64,000 nucleotides of DNA from a virus, in the IMG/VR virus record IMGVR_UViG_3300035701_000003; one strand, written 5' to 3'. The position numbers were made by a program, and so were the translations under genes. This document shows, one piece after another, positions 36,834 to 45,639 of the stretch; position 1 is the stretch's first letter, and every line of letters begins with the position of its first letter. Under the pieces are notes generated by a model. It was not told where the DNA came from. It searched no databases and saw only the letters and a list, made by a program, of their open reading frames with translations.

Positions 36834-37326
36834 CGATATAAAAAGCATAGTAATTCATCATACGCAAGATGTTACTAGAACTAAGGGAGAGAGACTGAAT
36901 GTTGATTATGCGGCTACTCCTAACTACTTTGGGGTACCTTACGATATTATTATTAACAAAGATGGCACCGTAGATTTAGCCCCCCGTTGGATTTTAGCTG
37001 TTGATAAAGGGCAGTATATGAAGGATGTAAGTCTTCATAAAATTTTTAAGTATAAACAGCATTATGTTTCTGCCATCGGCGAAACCGATGATATAAGAAA
37101 AGAAGCCATTCATATCGGGGTTACTGGTGATTTTGATTCTCAAAAGGTTACAAAGGCTCAATTATATAAGTTAGTAGAAGTCTTAAAAACTATAATTTCG
37201 ACCCTTAATATCAATCCTAAAACACACTTATTTTACCATAGTAATTTAACTTCTACTTCTTGTCCTGGTTTCTATTTTCCACAACTTCCGTACCTAATAA
37301 ACCTAGTAAAAGACTCTTTTTCTTAA
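36814..37326 (+). CDS. N-acetylmuramoyl-L-alanine amidase (Amidase_2, T7-lysozyme type)
   Basis: IVIHHT, PYDIII..DG, IHIG..GDF, AQ...L, YH and CPG Zn ligands. GTG start at 36814 after GGAG. Confidence 0.85.
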   Translation: MTIRTNDDIKSIVIHHTQDVTRTKGERLNVDYAATPNYFGVPYDIIINKDGTVDLAPRWILAVDKGQYMKDVSLHKIFKYKQHYVSAIGETDDIRKEAIHIGVTGDFDSQKVTKAQLYKLVEVLKTIISTLNINPKTHLFYHSNLTSTSCPGFYFPQLPYLINLVKDSFS

Positions 37327-37450
37327 GATTCTTTGTTTTTAACCAAATTTCAAAGAAAATATTTTTGTTATCGAGTAACTAATCTACGGATAACTGTGTA
37401 TATTAATAGTGTAAGTAATTATTTTTTATAAAATAAATGGAGATGCTAAG

Positions 37451-38287
37451 ATGGAACCTAATACTTTAATTCCTCGGAGACAGAGGCAGATTAACCTACA
37501 ATCCTTATTTTTTCCAGTTGTAAAAGAACCTTTGCAGTTCGTTTCTAAAGAAGCTAGAGCAAACATAGAGGGGGATTGCGGAATTGCTGTTGTAAGAGGT
37601 GACACAGGTCATATAATTCAGACCGCCTCAACAGATTACAATCTCGTGCTTCACGAAGACATTATTAATATGGTGGAAGCTGTATTTAAGGCTAACAAGG
37701 TTGAATTTCAAGTTCATGACGTTTTTACTGGGGGTATTCAAGGTAATAAGATGTTTGTGAATTATACATTACCTGGATACAAAATGAAGATCAATGGGGA
37801 AGAGTATATACCTTTCGTACAATTTCAGAATTCCTATGATAAGTCAGCTCTTTTCAAAAACCTTTCAGGACTTTATCGACTAGTTTGTTCAAACGGTTTG
37901 GTGAGGTTTCATTCCCGGAAGACTTTAATCAAAGCACGCCATTACGGTAACACCATTGATTTATCAAAGATTGCGTTTAACTTAGATGAATGGTTAGTAG
38001 AGATGGATATAACTAAGTTTAAGTTAGAAGAATTAGTTAAGAAACCGATAACTAAAGAAGTATCTATCGAAGACTTGACCAAAAAGATTTTTCAGAAGAA
38101 GAAAGATGTTAAAGCTTTCATGGAATCTAATTTAGTTCCTGCTTATATTGAGGAGTTAGGTAATAACCAATATGCTTTGATGAATGCATACACTGATTTT
38201 ACAACGCATGTTCTTTCTTCAAGGATGAAGAATTTTGATAGAGTAGCTAAATCCTTCGCAGCCATCGAAAATATATTCTTGAATTAG
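37451..38287 (+). CDS. DUF932-family phage protein
   Basis: S..Y.LV.HEDI, NSYD.S, GLYRLVCSNGLV and N.YALMNAYT...TH. Confidence 0.8.
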   Translation: MEPNTLIPRRQRQINLQSLFFPVVKEPLQFVSKEARANIEGDCGIAVVRGDTGHIIQTASTDYNLVLHEDIINMVEAVFKANKVEFQVHDVFTGGIQGNKMFVNYTLPGYKMKINGEEYIPFVQFQNSYDKSALFKNLSGLYRLVCSNGLVRFHSRKTLIKARHYGNTIDLSKIAFNLDEWLVEMDITKFKLEELVKKPITKEVSIEDLTKKIFQKKKDVKAFMESNLVPAYIEELGNNQYALMNAYTDFTTHVLSSRMKNFDRVAKSFAAIENIFLN

Positions 38288-38290
38288 GAT

Positions 38291-38512
38291 ATGATAGTAG
38301 GAATAAATACTCCTAAGGAACAATTCCAAAAATTTGCAAGAGGGTTCACTATTTTCGGTGAACCCCTTTTCTATTGCAGAAACTGTGTTACTGAGAAACA
38401 TCTTCATAGAAAGCTTTTATTACAATCAGTAAATAAAACTAATCTACAAGACAAACAATGTTCTTCGTGTAAGCGTGTTTATAAAGGTAATGAATGGAAG
38501 GAAATTAAATGA
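38291..38512 (+). CDS. Small zinc-finger protein
   Basis: CRNC and CSSC motifs. Confidence 0.6.
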   Translation: MIVGINTPKEQFQKFARGFTIFGEPLFYCRNCVTEKHLHRKLLLQSVNKTNLQDKQCSSCKRVYKGNEWKEIK

Positions 38513-38673
38513 ATACTAAAGAAAAAGAAATACCTCAAGTTATTATTGAGGAACCTTGCACTAAAACTAAAAAACATATGCTTGTAACTAACGAAAATGG
38601 TATGTATTTTTGGTGTTATCGTTGCGCGAGAGAACTAAATAAAGACGGTACAGAAAAAATAAGAGGAAATTAA
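38509..38673 (+). CDS. Small Cys-containing protein (54 aa, below the track cutoff)
   Basis: MNTKEKEIPQVIIEEPC...WCYRC; ATGA-coupled and exactly fills the gap. Confidence 0.6.
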   Translation: MNTKEKEIPQVIIEEPCTKTKKHMLVTNENGMYFWCYRCARELNKDGTEKIRGN

Positions 38674-40305
38674 ATGAATACTTGGTATCTAATAGGATGT
38701 AGTGCTAAGAAAGCATCTACCCCTCAAACACCTGATTTATTATATCAAGGGCCTCTTTTTGTACAGCCTTTTAAGTATTGTGAAAAGATATACAAACCGG
38801 AAGAAGGAGATAGAATATTCGTATTAAGTGCAAAGCATGGTTTATTACATTTAAGACCTAATCTGTCCTATATGGAGGTTATTGAGCCTTATTCTTTTGA
38901 TTTAACAAGGGCTAACAAAAGTACTTTGAGGAAGTGGGGAGGTATGGTGGCTATACAACTTGATCAATATATTTCGAAATATCAGATACCTTATCCTCTT
39001 AAGTTGGTATTTTATGCACACCGTCACTATAGAGACGCCCTAAAACCTTTTATAGAAGAACTCCAGATATCTGTGGAAGTTCCCTTACTGGGGGTAGTAA
39101 GAGGAAAACAAGTTAAATATTGGAAACATAAATTAAATGATATGTTTGAAGGAGAATCAAAGGAAAGTTGGAGAGACCATCCTGTGATGTTAACTCAAAA
39201 GGGGGGCGCTTATATAAAATCTGATTACAAACCACAAATTGAAGGAAATTTTATGAAAGCGTTGTCCGAAATGAAATTACAGAAAAAATCAAATACTGTT
39301 AATTCTAAAGGAGGCTACTTTGGGGTTAGAGCCATCGACCAATTCCCCGCAAAGTTCATGGAATATATTAACTCTTGTGATTCCTTTACTGATGTTACAG
39401 CTGGTTCCGGACTTTTCCCCCGCTATCTGGCTAGTTTAGGTAAAAAAGTTAATATATCTGATAGGTCTTATTACTCCTATTTAATGCTTCGAACCTTATC
39501 CCGTAACCTTTCCTTTACAGGATCTTACGAAGACTGGTTAAAAGATACTTATGGACAGATAAAGGGCATTTTAGAGACTCCTTTTACAGGTTATTTGTGT
39601 AATAATGAAATCTTATCTAAGAAATTTTCTTTGGAGACTGCTAAATTTATTGATTCTTATTGTAGATTTTATCAGAGTAATGTTTTAATGTTATATGCGT
39701 TAGGTAAAGTATTCTCTACCAAGTTTAGTTTTAGGGGCTTAGGGTGGTGTAATAAAACTACCGCTGGGTATAAGAGTAACGAAGTTACTCCAAGTACTAT
39801 GGCGGAATGGATTATAAGAACTGCTAATTTAATTATGTTAAGATTAACTGAACTGGACGAACGTTTCTCCGTTCCCGATATATTCTATGGAGATGTTTTA
39901 CAAGCCTTAGATTCTTTTAAAGTTAAGGATGGTATGGTTTATGCAGACCCCGCCTGGCCTTGGAGCGAAAAATTTCCTGGGACTAACCCTTATATATGGC
40001 AGACATATGATATTTCCAGCATCTTGACACAGACTAAGATTCCTGAAGTAAGATTTTGGCAAAGAGAAGATACTATAGATTCTATACTAGAAGAAATTAA
40101 AGGTTGGGGGGATAGGGCTTTCGAAAGAGGGGCAAAATACTTTGTAGTATGCAATCAAGATACTAATTACCCAAGTTGTGAAGAAGTATTTGATTGGTTT
40201 AGTAAGAAATTTAATACTGTTGAAATTATTTATAATTATGAAGATTATAGTAGCGCAGCTGGTAGAAAATATACAACCGGTTGGGGGATATATACCAAGG
40301 AATAA
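38674..40305 (+). CDS. Fusion of a DUF6884-like domain and an alpha-class amino-methyltransferase (variant motif IV DPAW)
   Basis: N-terminal LIGCSAKK, LY.G.LF, VLSAKHGL, IEPY. C-terminal DVTAGSG (motif I), ISD.SYYSY and VYADPAWP. Confidence 0.7.
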   Translation: MNTWYLIGCSAKKASTPQTPDLLYQGPLFVQPFKYCEKIYKPEEGDRIFVLSAKHGLLHLRPNLSYMEVIEPYSFDLTRANKSTLRKWGGMVAIQLDQYISKYQIPYPLKLVFYAHRHYRDALKPFIEELQISVEVPLLGVVRGKQVKYWKHKLNDMFEGESKESWRDHPVMLTQKGGAYIKSDYKPQIEGNFMKALSEMKLQKKSNTVNSKGGYFGVRAIDQFPAKFMEYINSCDSFTDVTAGSGLFPRYLASLGKKVNISDRSYYSYLMLRTLSRNLSFTGSYEDWLKDTYGQIKGILETPFTGYLCNNEILSKKFSLETAKFIDSYCRFYQSNVLMLYALGKVFSTKFSFRGLGWCNKTTAGYKSNEVTPSTMAEWIIRTANLIMLRLTELDERFSVPDIFYGDVLQALDSFKVKDGMVYADPAWPWSEKFPGTNPYIWQTYDISSILTQTKIPEVRFWQREDTIDSILEEIKGWGDRAFERGAKYFVVCNQDTNYPSCEEVFDWFSKKFNTVEIIYNYEDYSSAAGRKYTTGWGIYTKE

Positions 40306-40309
40306 CTAA

Positions 40310-40855
40310 GTGAAAATCCAGACTGAAATTAGAAATAAGATTAAAGAACTTACTAAAGAAAGAAAAGCCCTACTGTATAATGAGGAACTCGGTAAGGTAC
40401 AAAAAGAATATCGGGATAAACTAGACGCTTATTATAAAAAGATACGCCCCGAGAAAGATAAGATTGATGAAGAGATTGAGACTCTACGGAAAGAACTAAG
40501 TAAACGTAAAGATGATAGACTTCCTATTATAAGTAAGCGTTTGGAGGACTGGTTGCAAGGGTATACTCGCGGCGCTACCTTCGGGCCTCAAGGACTAAAG
40601 ATAAAAGAAATCTTAGATGATAAGGAAAGATTTGTGCTAGTGTATAATCCCGGTCATACCTATTGGGCAAGGAGAGGAGAATTTCATTATGGTAGTAGTA
40701 GTTATTGGATAACTGATACTTTTATACAAAAACAGTGGCTTGGTAATACTACTAAGATAATGGGTACTGAAGTAGAAGGAAGATTAACTAAAGAAGTAAA
40801 GAAAAAACTATTAGAAGTGTTAGAGGAATACAAAAAAGTAAATAAAATAACGTAA
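40310..40855 (+). CDS. Hypothetical protein with an N-terminal coiled coil
   Basis: 181-aa ORF with a GTG start after AAGGA. Confidence 0.7.
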   Translation: MKIQTEIRNKIKELTKERKALLYNEELGKVQKEYRDKLDAYYKKIRPEKDKIDEEIETLRKELSKRKDDRLPIISKRLEDWLQGYTRGATFGPQGLKIKEILDDKERFVLVYNPGHTYWARRGEFHYGSSSYWITDTFIQKQWLGNTTKIMGTEVEGRLTKEVKKKLLEVLEEYKKVNKIT

Positions 40856-40899
40856 AGTAATAGGGCGTGTGTAATAAATGAAAATAGAACGGGGTATAT

Positions 40900-41595
40900 A
40901 TGGCTACTAAAACAGAAAAAGAAAAAGCATTAGAAGCTACTATAGCAAGTCTGGAGAAGCAATTTGGTAAGGGCACTATAATGCAAATGGGTAAAACTCC
41001 TATAGAAAAAATAGGAGCTATTCCTACTGGTTGCATGTCCATAGATGAAATTACTGGTATAGGTGGAATTCCCAGAGGAAGAGTAACTGAGGTATTTGGG
41101 CCGGAGATGTCTGGTAAAACTACAATGTGCCTTCATATAATAGCACAAGCTCAGAAATTAGGGGGTATGGCTGCTTTTATTGACGTAGAACACGCTCTTG
41201 ATTTAAATTACGCTTCTAATATCGGGGTTAATGTAACTAGTTTATTGATATCTCAACCAGACTATGGAGAACAAGCTCTTGAAGTAGCAGACGCTTTGAT
41301 AAGAAGTAACTCTGTAGATATTGTTGTAGTAGACTCCGTAGCAGCTTTAGTCCCAAAAAGTGAATTAGAGGGAGAAATGGGAGACTCCACCATAGCCCTT
41401 CAAGCACGTTTAATGTCTAAAGCTTTACGGAAACTTACGTCTAATGTTAATAAATCTAATACAGCTTTAATATTTATAAATCAACTTAGAAGTAAAATTG
41501 GGATTATGTTTGGTAATCCCGAATGTGTTGATCCTTATACTACGGAGGTTGAATTGGAAGTTCCCGAAGATATTTATAAAATATTTTTTGAGTAA
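40900..41595 (+). CDS. recA: RecA N-terminal part (208 aa) fused to a 23-aa N-intein fragment
   Basis: IEKQFGKG-like start, [62 protein letters not shown], then CVDPYTTEV and a stop. Confidence 0.95.
   Translation: MATKTEKEKALEATIASLEKQFGKGTIMQMGKTPIEKIGAIPTGCMSIDEITGIGGIPRGRVTEVFGPEMSGKTTMCLHIIAQAQKLGGMAAFIDVEHALDLNYASNIGVNVTSLLISQPDYGEQALEVADALIRSNSVDIVVVDSVAALVPKSELEGEMGDSTIALQARLMSKALRKLTSNVNKSNTALIFINQLRSKIGIMFGNPECVDPYTTEVELEVPEDIYKIFFE
41524..41592 (+). mobile_element. Split intein N-fragment ([23 protein letters not shown])
   Basis: Begins with Cys exactly at the GNPE|TT junction of RecA; resembles intein block A. Confidence 0.88.
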
Positions 41596-41599
41596 ACCC

Positions 41600-41628
41600 T
41601 TGAATTTTTTCCTCCTATACTTATATAT
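41600..41628 (+). promoter_or_regulatory. Putative promoter TTGAAT-16/17-TATATA for the endonuclease and C-intein genes
   Basis: Lies in the 58-bp gap after the recA-N stop, followed by a GGGAG RBS. Confidence 0.5.
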
Positions 41629-41653
41629 CATAAGTAACAACGGGAGAAAAAAA

Positions 41654-42619
41654 ATGGATTTATTATTAAAATATTTTAATATTGTTATAACGAAGAATTT
41701 TTTGGTAAAACTTAAGTTTAAGAATGAATTTAAAGTTAAACATATGAAAAATATTAGGAAAATTATTCCGAAAGTAAATGGGCCTTCATTGGAATATTAT
41801 CAATATCATTTGGGGGGAGACACCGGAAGACAGATTTTTAATGAAAGAAAGAAATATTTCGGGTATCAAAAATTAGCAGAACTTGTAATAGCGAATAAAC
41901 TTTATGATAATGACGTACAATTAGCTGGAATACAAAAGAAAGTTTTACAAAATAATCAAAATATTAAAAAAGGTGTTATAGAATCTCAGCCTAAAACTTG
42001 GCATAATCCAGATTATGTATCCTCTTTGTTGAAAAAAAGAGCAATATCTATGAGTAAATTAGATTTTTCCTTAAATAAAAGTAAAAAAGCAAAAGAGTAC
42101 TGGGCTAGCGATAGGGCTATAGCCCACCGAGAAAAGATTTCAAAAAATCACAAAGAGGGTAAAAGTTTCTCTTTAGTCAAATGGCAAATAGAAAATGGAG
42201 TAAAACATAGTTCTTCTTTATTTCTAAGAAAAGGAAAAAATTTAAATTATTTAGAATATTTGTTTAGTTTGATGTTAGATGACTTTAGTATATTTTATGA
42301 AATAGAACAAAATATTAAAATTGATAATATTAATTATTTTCCAGATTTTTTTATACCGAGATTGCGTTTAATAATTGAATTATTTGGTGATGTTTGGCAT
42401 TGTAATCCTTCTTTAGTTAAAGTTTTTGAAAATAGTAAAGATATCTCTCCTTTTAAAAAAGATCCTAAAATAGTATGGCAAAAGGATAAAGAAAGACAAG
42501 ATACTTTTTTAAAAGCCGGTTATCGTTACTTGGTTTTTTGGGAAAACGAGTTTTCTTTTGGCCGATTAGAAAGAATTTATAAATTTTTAATAAAAATAGA
42601 AAAGGAATTACATGGATAA
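41654..42619 (+). CDS. Free-standing Vsr/DUF559-like homing endonuclease between the recA halves
   Basis: Basic N-terminal repeats; N.LE..F...L, YFPDF, IIELFGD.WH, D.ERQ..F...GY..LVFWE. The ATG at 41654 has an RBS. Confidence 0.8.
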   Translation: MDLLLKYFNIVITKNFLVKLKFKNEFKVKHMKNIRKIIPKVNGPSLEYYQYHLGGDTGRQIFNERKKYFGYQKLAELVIANKLYDNDVQLAGIQKKVLQNNQNIKKGVIESQPKTWHNPDYVSSLLKKRAISMSKLDFSLNKSKKAKEYWASDRAIAHREKISKNHKEGKSFSLVKWQIENGVKHSSSLFLRKGKNLNYLEYLFSLMLDDFSIFYEIEQNIKIDNINYFPDFFIPRLRLIIELFGDVWHCNPSLVKVFENSKDISPFKKDPKIVWQKDKERQDTFLKAGYRYLVFWENEFSFGRLERIYKFLIKIEKELHG

Positions 42620-43010
42620 GAAGTATATAAAAGTTAAAATTACTTTAGGAACTTTATTTAAAAAATTAGGCGTGAAAGATTTTAAAACTCCTTCTGTTTT
42701 ACCAGTTGATACTTTAGGAATTAGAATAAAATCTTTTGATACTGCATTATCTCAGGATGTTTTTTCTTTAATAAAAGATTTAGTAGTAAAAGCTCCAGTA
42801 CCTTATCATTTTATTCTAAAGTCTCTGAATGGACAAGAATTAAAAACATCTAGTCATCATAAGTCTTATAAAGATAAAGAATGGGTTGAATCATTTAAAA
42901 GATTTGAGTTAGAAGAAGATCATCTTAAAGTCGAAAAACCTTTAGATATTGTAGATTTGACAGTGAAAAATACTGAATGTTATTATGCTAATGGTCAATT
43001 AAACCACAAT
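42612..43010 (+). mobile_element. Split intein C-fragment
   Basis: Carries the TxxH, block F and terminal HN motifs with +1 Thr. Confidence 0.9.
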
Positions 43011-43421
43011 ACTACACCTGGCGGTAATGCTCTTAAATTTTATGCTTCTATGAGAATTGATATAAGGAAGAAAACGGCTATTAAACAAGGAGATCGTACT
43101 GTTGGTAATATAACTAAGGTAAAAATTGTAAAAAGTAAAGTATCTCCTCCTTTTAGAGAAACTGAGGTTAGTATTATTAGTCCTTATGGAATAGATATAA
43201 TAGGGGATATATTAGACAAGGCGGTAGATTTTAAAGTTATAAAGCAAGGCGGGGCCTGGTTTACTTACAAAGAAGATAGATGGCAAGGTAGGGATTCCGT
43301 AACGGACACTTTAAAGAAGGATCCTATATTTTTAGATCAGGTAAAATCCGAAGTATTAGTAGCCATGAAAGAAAATAAGGAAGTTGTTAAAGAAAAAGAA
43401 GTTTTACCACAATTAGTATAA
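42612..43421 (+). CDS. recA: 133-aa C-intein fragment fused to the RecA C-terminal part (136 aa)
   Basis: Block B LKTSSHHK, block F IVDLTV.NTECYYANG, block G LNHN, then TTPGGNALKFYASMRIDIR, KVKIVK.KVSPPF and GAWF. Confidence 0.95.
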   Translation: MDKKYIKVKITLGTLFKKLGVKDFKTPSVLPVDTLGIRIKSFDTALSQDVFSLIKDLVVKAPVPYHFILKSLNGQELKTSSHHKSYKDKEWVESFKRFELEEDHLKVEKPLDIVDLTVKNTECYYANGQLNHNTTPGGNALKFYASMRIDIRKKTAIKQGDRTVGNITKVKIVKSKVSPPFRETEVSIISPYGIDIIGDILDKAVDFKVIKQGGAWFTYKEDRWQGRDSVTDTLKKDPIFLDQVKSEVLVAMKENKEVVKEKEVLPQLV

Positions 43422-43422
43422 C

Positions 43423-43986
43423 ATGAAAATACTTTATAATCCAAATTTACAAGAAGTTTACGAAGGCTATACACAAGCTGTAGAAGACTTATCTTATAAC
43501 ATTTATACTCATTACTTTGTTTTCGAAGATGTAGTTAAGGAAATAGAAGATATGAGGGTTAAGTTACTAAGAGCTCCCGAAGACGATATGGCTAGTTTTA
43601 ATACTCTTTACGCAGAAGCCCAAAGTTATCATAGTAGAGCCTGTGGAGTATTGATATCCTTTATAGACGAAAGAAGATTTTGGAGAAGATTAGAAATTAT
43701 AGGCGATAAACTCTATGCAAGGTCCCGGAACTTTTTATTAGGTACTCCTGAAATACAGGACCTTCGCAACCAAGCTCTACAGAACGCTAAAGTGGACTCT
43801 AAACTTCAATTACTTTTATCTTTGATTAGTGTTATAACGGGGGCTTTATCTGATATGAAAGATTTAATAGAAATTGTACAAGTGAAAATTGATGAATTAA
43901 ATAATATAATAACTAATATGAGCCGTCAACAGAGAGTAACAGAATCTCTTATAGGTTTAGGTTATCCCGTTAGAGGCCGTAAATAG
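43423..43986 (+). CDS. Helical/coiled protein next to recA, possible UvsY-like mediator
   Basis: The function is inferred from position and helical character only. Confidence 0.3.
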   Translation: MKILYNPNLQEVYEGYTQAVEDLSYNIYTHYFVFEDVVKEIEDMRVKLLRAPEDDMASFNTLYAEAQSYHSRACGVLISFIDERRFWRRLEIIGDKLYARSRNFLLGTPEIQDLRNQALQNAKVDSKLQLLLSLISVITGALSDMKDLIEIVQVKIDELNNIITNMSRQQRVTESLIGLGYPVRGRK

Positions 43987-43998
43987 AAAGATGCTAAA

Positions 43999-44826
43999 AT
44001 GAATAAATTAAACAAAATAAAACTACCAACCATGGAATCCGAAATTAAAAGTTTTATATTAAAAAAACTTCAAAAGTATTCTTCCATACCATCCCTTTCT
44101 GGCGAAGAATTTACTTTTCTCTCGGTGCTACTTCAAGATTTCGATGAAGAACATCCTGGTAATTGGAGAAAAGTTTATTATAATAATTCTCCTTTCTACT
44201 TCTATAGAAGTTGTCTTGATAATCGTCCTTCCCTTCCTTATTTCTTAATAACGCATAGTGATAGAGTTTCCGGGTTTTGGAGAAATTATACCGCTTATAT
44301 TGATACTATAAAAGACAATGGGGATTTACTAACAGGGCAATTAGACAATATAGTTGGTATAGCAATTGCTAGATATTTAACTTTTATAGGTATTCCTATT
44401 GATATTCTATTTACTACTAAAGAAGAATTAGTTAAATCTACTTATCAGGTTGTAGAAGTATGTAAGTTAGAAGGGAAAACTCCTATTACAATTGATATTG
44501 ATGTTTTTGATGAAATATCCGAATTTAAGAACGGTTTGATTTCTTTACGTTTTAAAGATAATGCTGGCGATATGTTACCTTCTTTAGTTACTGAACTACA
44601 AAGCGCAGCGATGACTATTAAAGTTCCTTATACCGAGAAGTTAGGTTACGCTGTAGTTGAAACTGGCTTTTTAGCTTCTGCTACTAATAATGAGTATCGG
44701 GGAGCTCATATTGGTTTACCTCTTATTAATTACCATAGTGATCAAGAAACCGCCTCTTGGAAGAGCGTGTTTAATATTATCCAATTGTTGAAGACATTTT
44801 TTGAAAAACAAATTAAAGGAGTATGA
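43999..44826 (+). CDS. M20/M28/M42-like zinc peptidase-fold protein
   Basis: Metal-ligand pattern THSD, LDN, TKEE, IDID and NYHS. Confidence 0.65.
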   Translation: MNKLNKIKLPTMESEIKSFILKKLQKYSSIPSLSGEEFTFLSVLLQDFDEEHPGNWRKVYYNNSPFYFYRSCLDNRPSLPYFLITHSDRVSGFWRNYTAYIDTIKDNGDLLTGQLDNIVGIAIARYLTFIGIPIDILFTTKEELVKSTYQVVEVCKLEGKTPITIDIDVFDEISEFKNGLISLRFKDNAGDMLPSLVTELQSAAMTIKVPYTEKLGYAVVETGFLASATNNEYRGAHIGLPLINYHSDQETASWKSVFNIIQLLKTFFEKQIKGV

Positions 44827-44827
44827 T

Positions 44828-45442
44828 ATGCCTACTATTAAAATTAAAAAGTACGAAACGGTACCTGATTCGGTTTACAGAGTTCGTATAACCGGAGCAG
44901 AACTTCGGGAACGGAAAGATACCTCCGAGAAAACTTTTGGTTCCGATCAATTTATTATGTGGGACTTAGTTATAGTACCCGGTTACGGCCAGCCTTATGA
45001 AGGTACTACTCTTTCTCATATTACAGGGATAGAGTTTGGTAATAAATCGCAGGGTTACAAGTTCTTAAGAGCCGCTGGTATGCCCGAGCAAGAAAAAGTC
45101 ATAGATGTAGAGACGGAAGATTATACCAATCGAGAATTGATAGTTAGAACGGAAGTGCAAGAGGACTCTAAAAAGAATAAAGTTAATAAGTGCGTTGAAT
45201 TTTATTCTTTAGAGGAGTTTAAGACTATGCAATCACGAAGTTTGACGGACACTCCTATTAAAAATACTGTTCCTAAAATTGAGATTCCTCCCGCGCAACA
45301 ATCTAATTTAACAACTCCTGGTAAAACTAATTTAGTGCAACCTGATCTTACCGCAAATGGTAAACCCGGAGCTGGCGGGAAATCCCAAATAGTTATACCT
45401 CCTACCACGGGCGTTGACATTGATTTTCCAAAGGATGAATAG
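44828..45442 (+). CDS. Single-stranded DNA-binding protein (DUF669-like)
   Basis: VP...Y.V.I...E, W.L.I, KFL.A.G, a Pro-rich linker and an acidic C-terminal tip DIDFPKDE. Confidence 0.7.
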   Translation: MPTIKIKKYETVPDSVYRVRITGAELRERKDTSEKTFGSDQFIMWDLVIVPGYGQPYEGTTLSHITGIEFGNKSQGYKFLRAAGMPEQEKVIDVETEDYTNRELIVRTEVQEDSKKNKVNKCVEFYSLEEFKTMQSRSLTDTPIKNTVPKIEIPPAQQSNLTTPGKTNLVQPDLTANGKPGAGGKSQIVIPPTTGVDIDFPKDE

Positions 45443-45444
45443 GT

Positions 45445-45639
45445 ATGTTAAAGAAAACATCTGAAGTAAAGATAGACACCGGGGAAGCCACTAAAAAAGC
45501 TTCTTCTACTGCTTTGGGAATTCTTTGCCCCTATTGTAAACATTTAACCTCTATAAAGGTAGAAGATTTGGGAAATTCTCATACTTGTTTAACTTGCAAT
45601 AAAACTTTTATTCCCTCGAAGGTTATAGATGAAAAATAG
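45445..45639 (+). CDS. Small zinc-ribbon protein
   Basis: CPYC and CLTC motifs. Confidence 0.65.
   Translation: MLKKTSEVKIDTGEATKKASSTALGILCPYCKHLTSIKVEDLGNSHTCLTCNKTFIPSKVIDEK

Noticed and set aside
40900-43421. recA as a pseudogene or sequencing frameshift
   Set aside because: Both fragments carry complete, correctly placed intein motifs, have their own RBS, and rejoin exactly at GNPE|TT.
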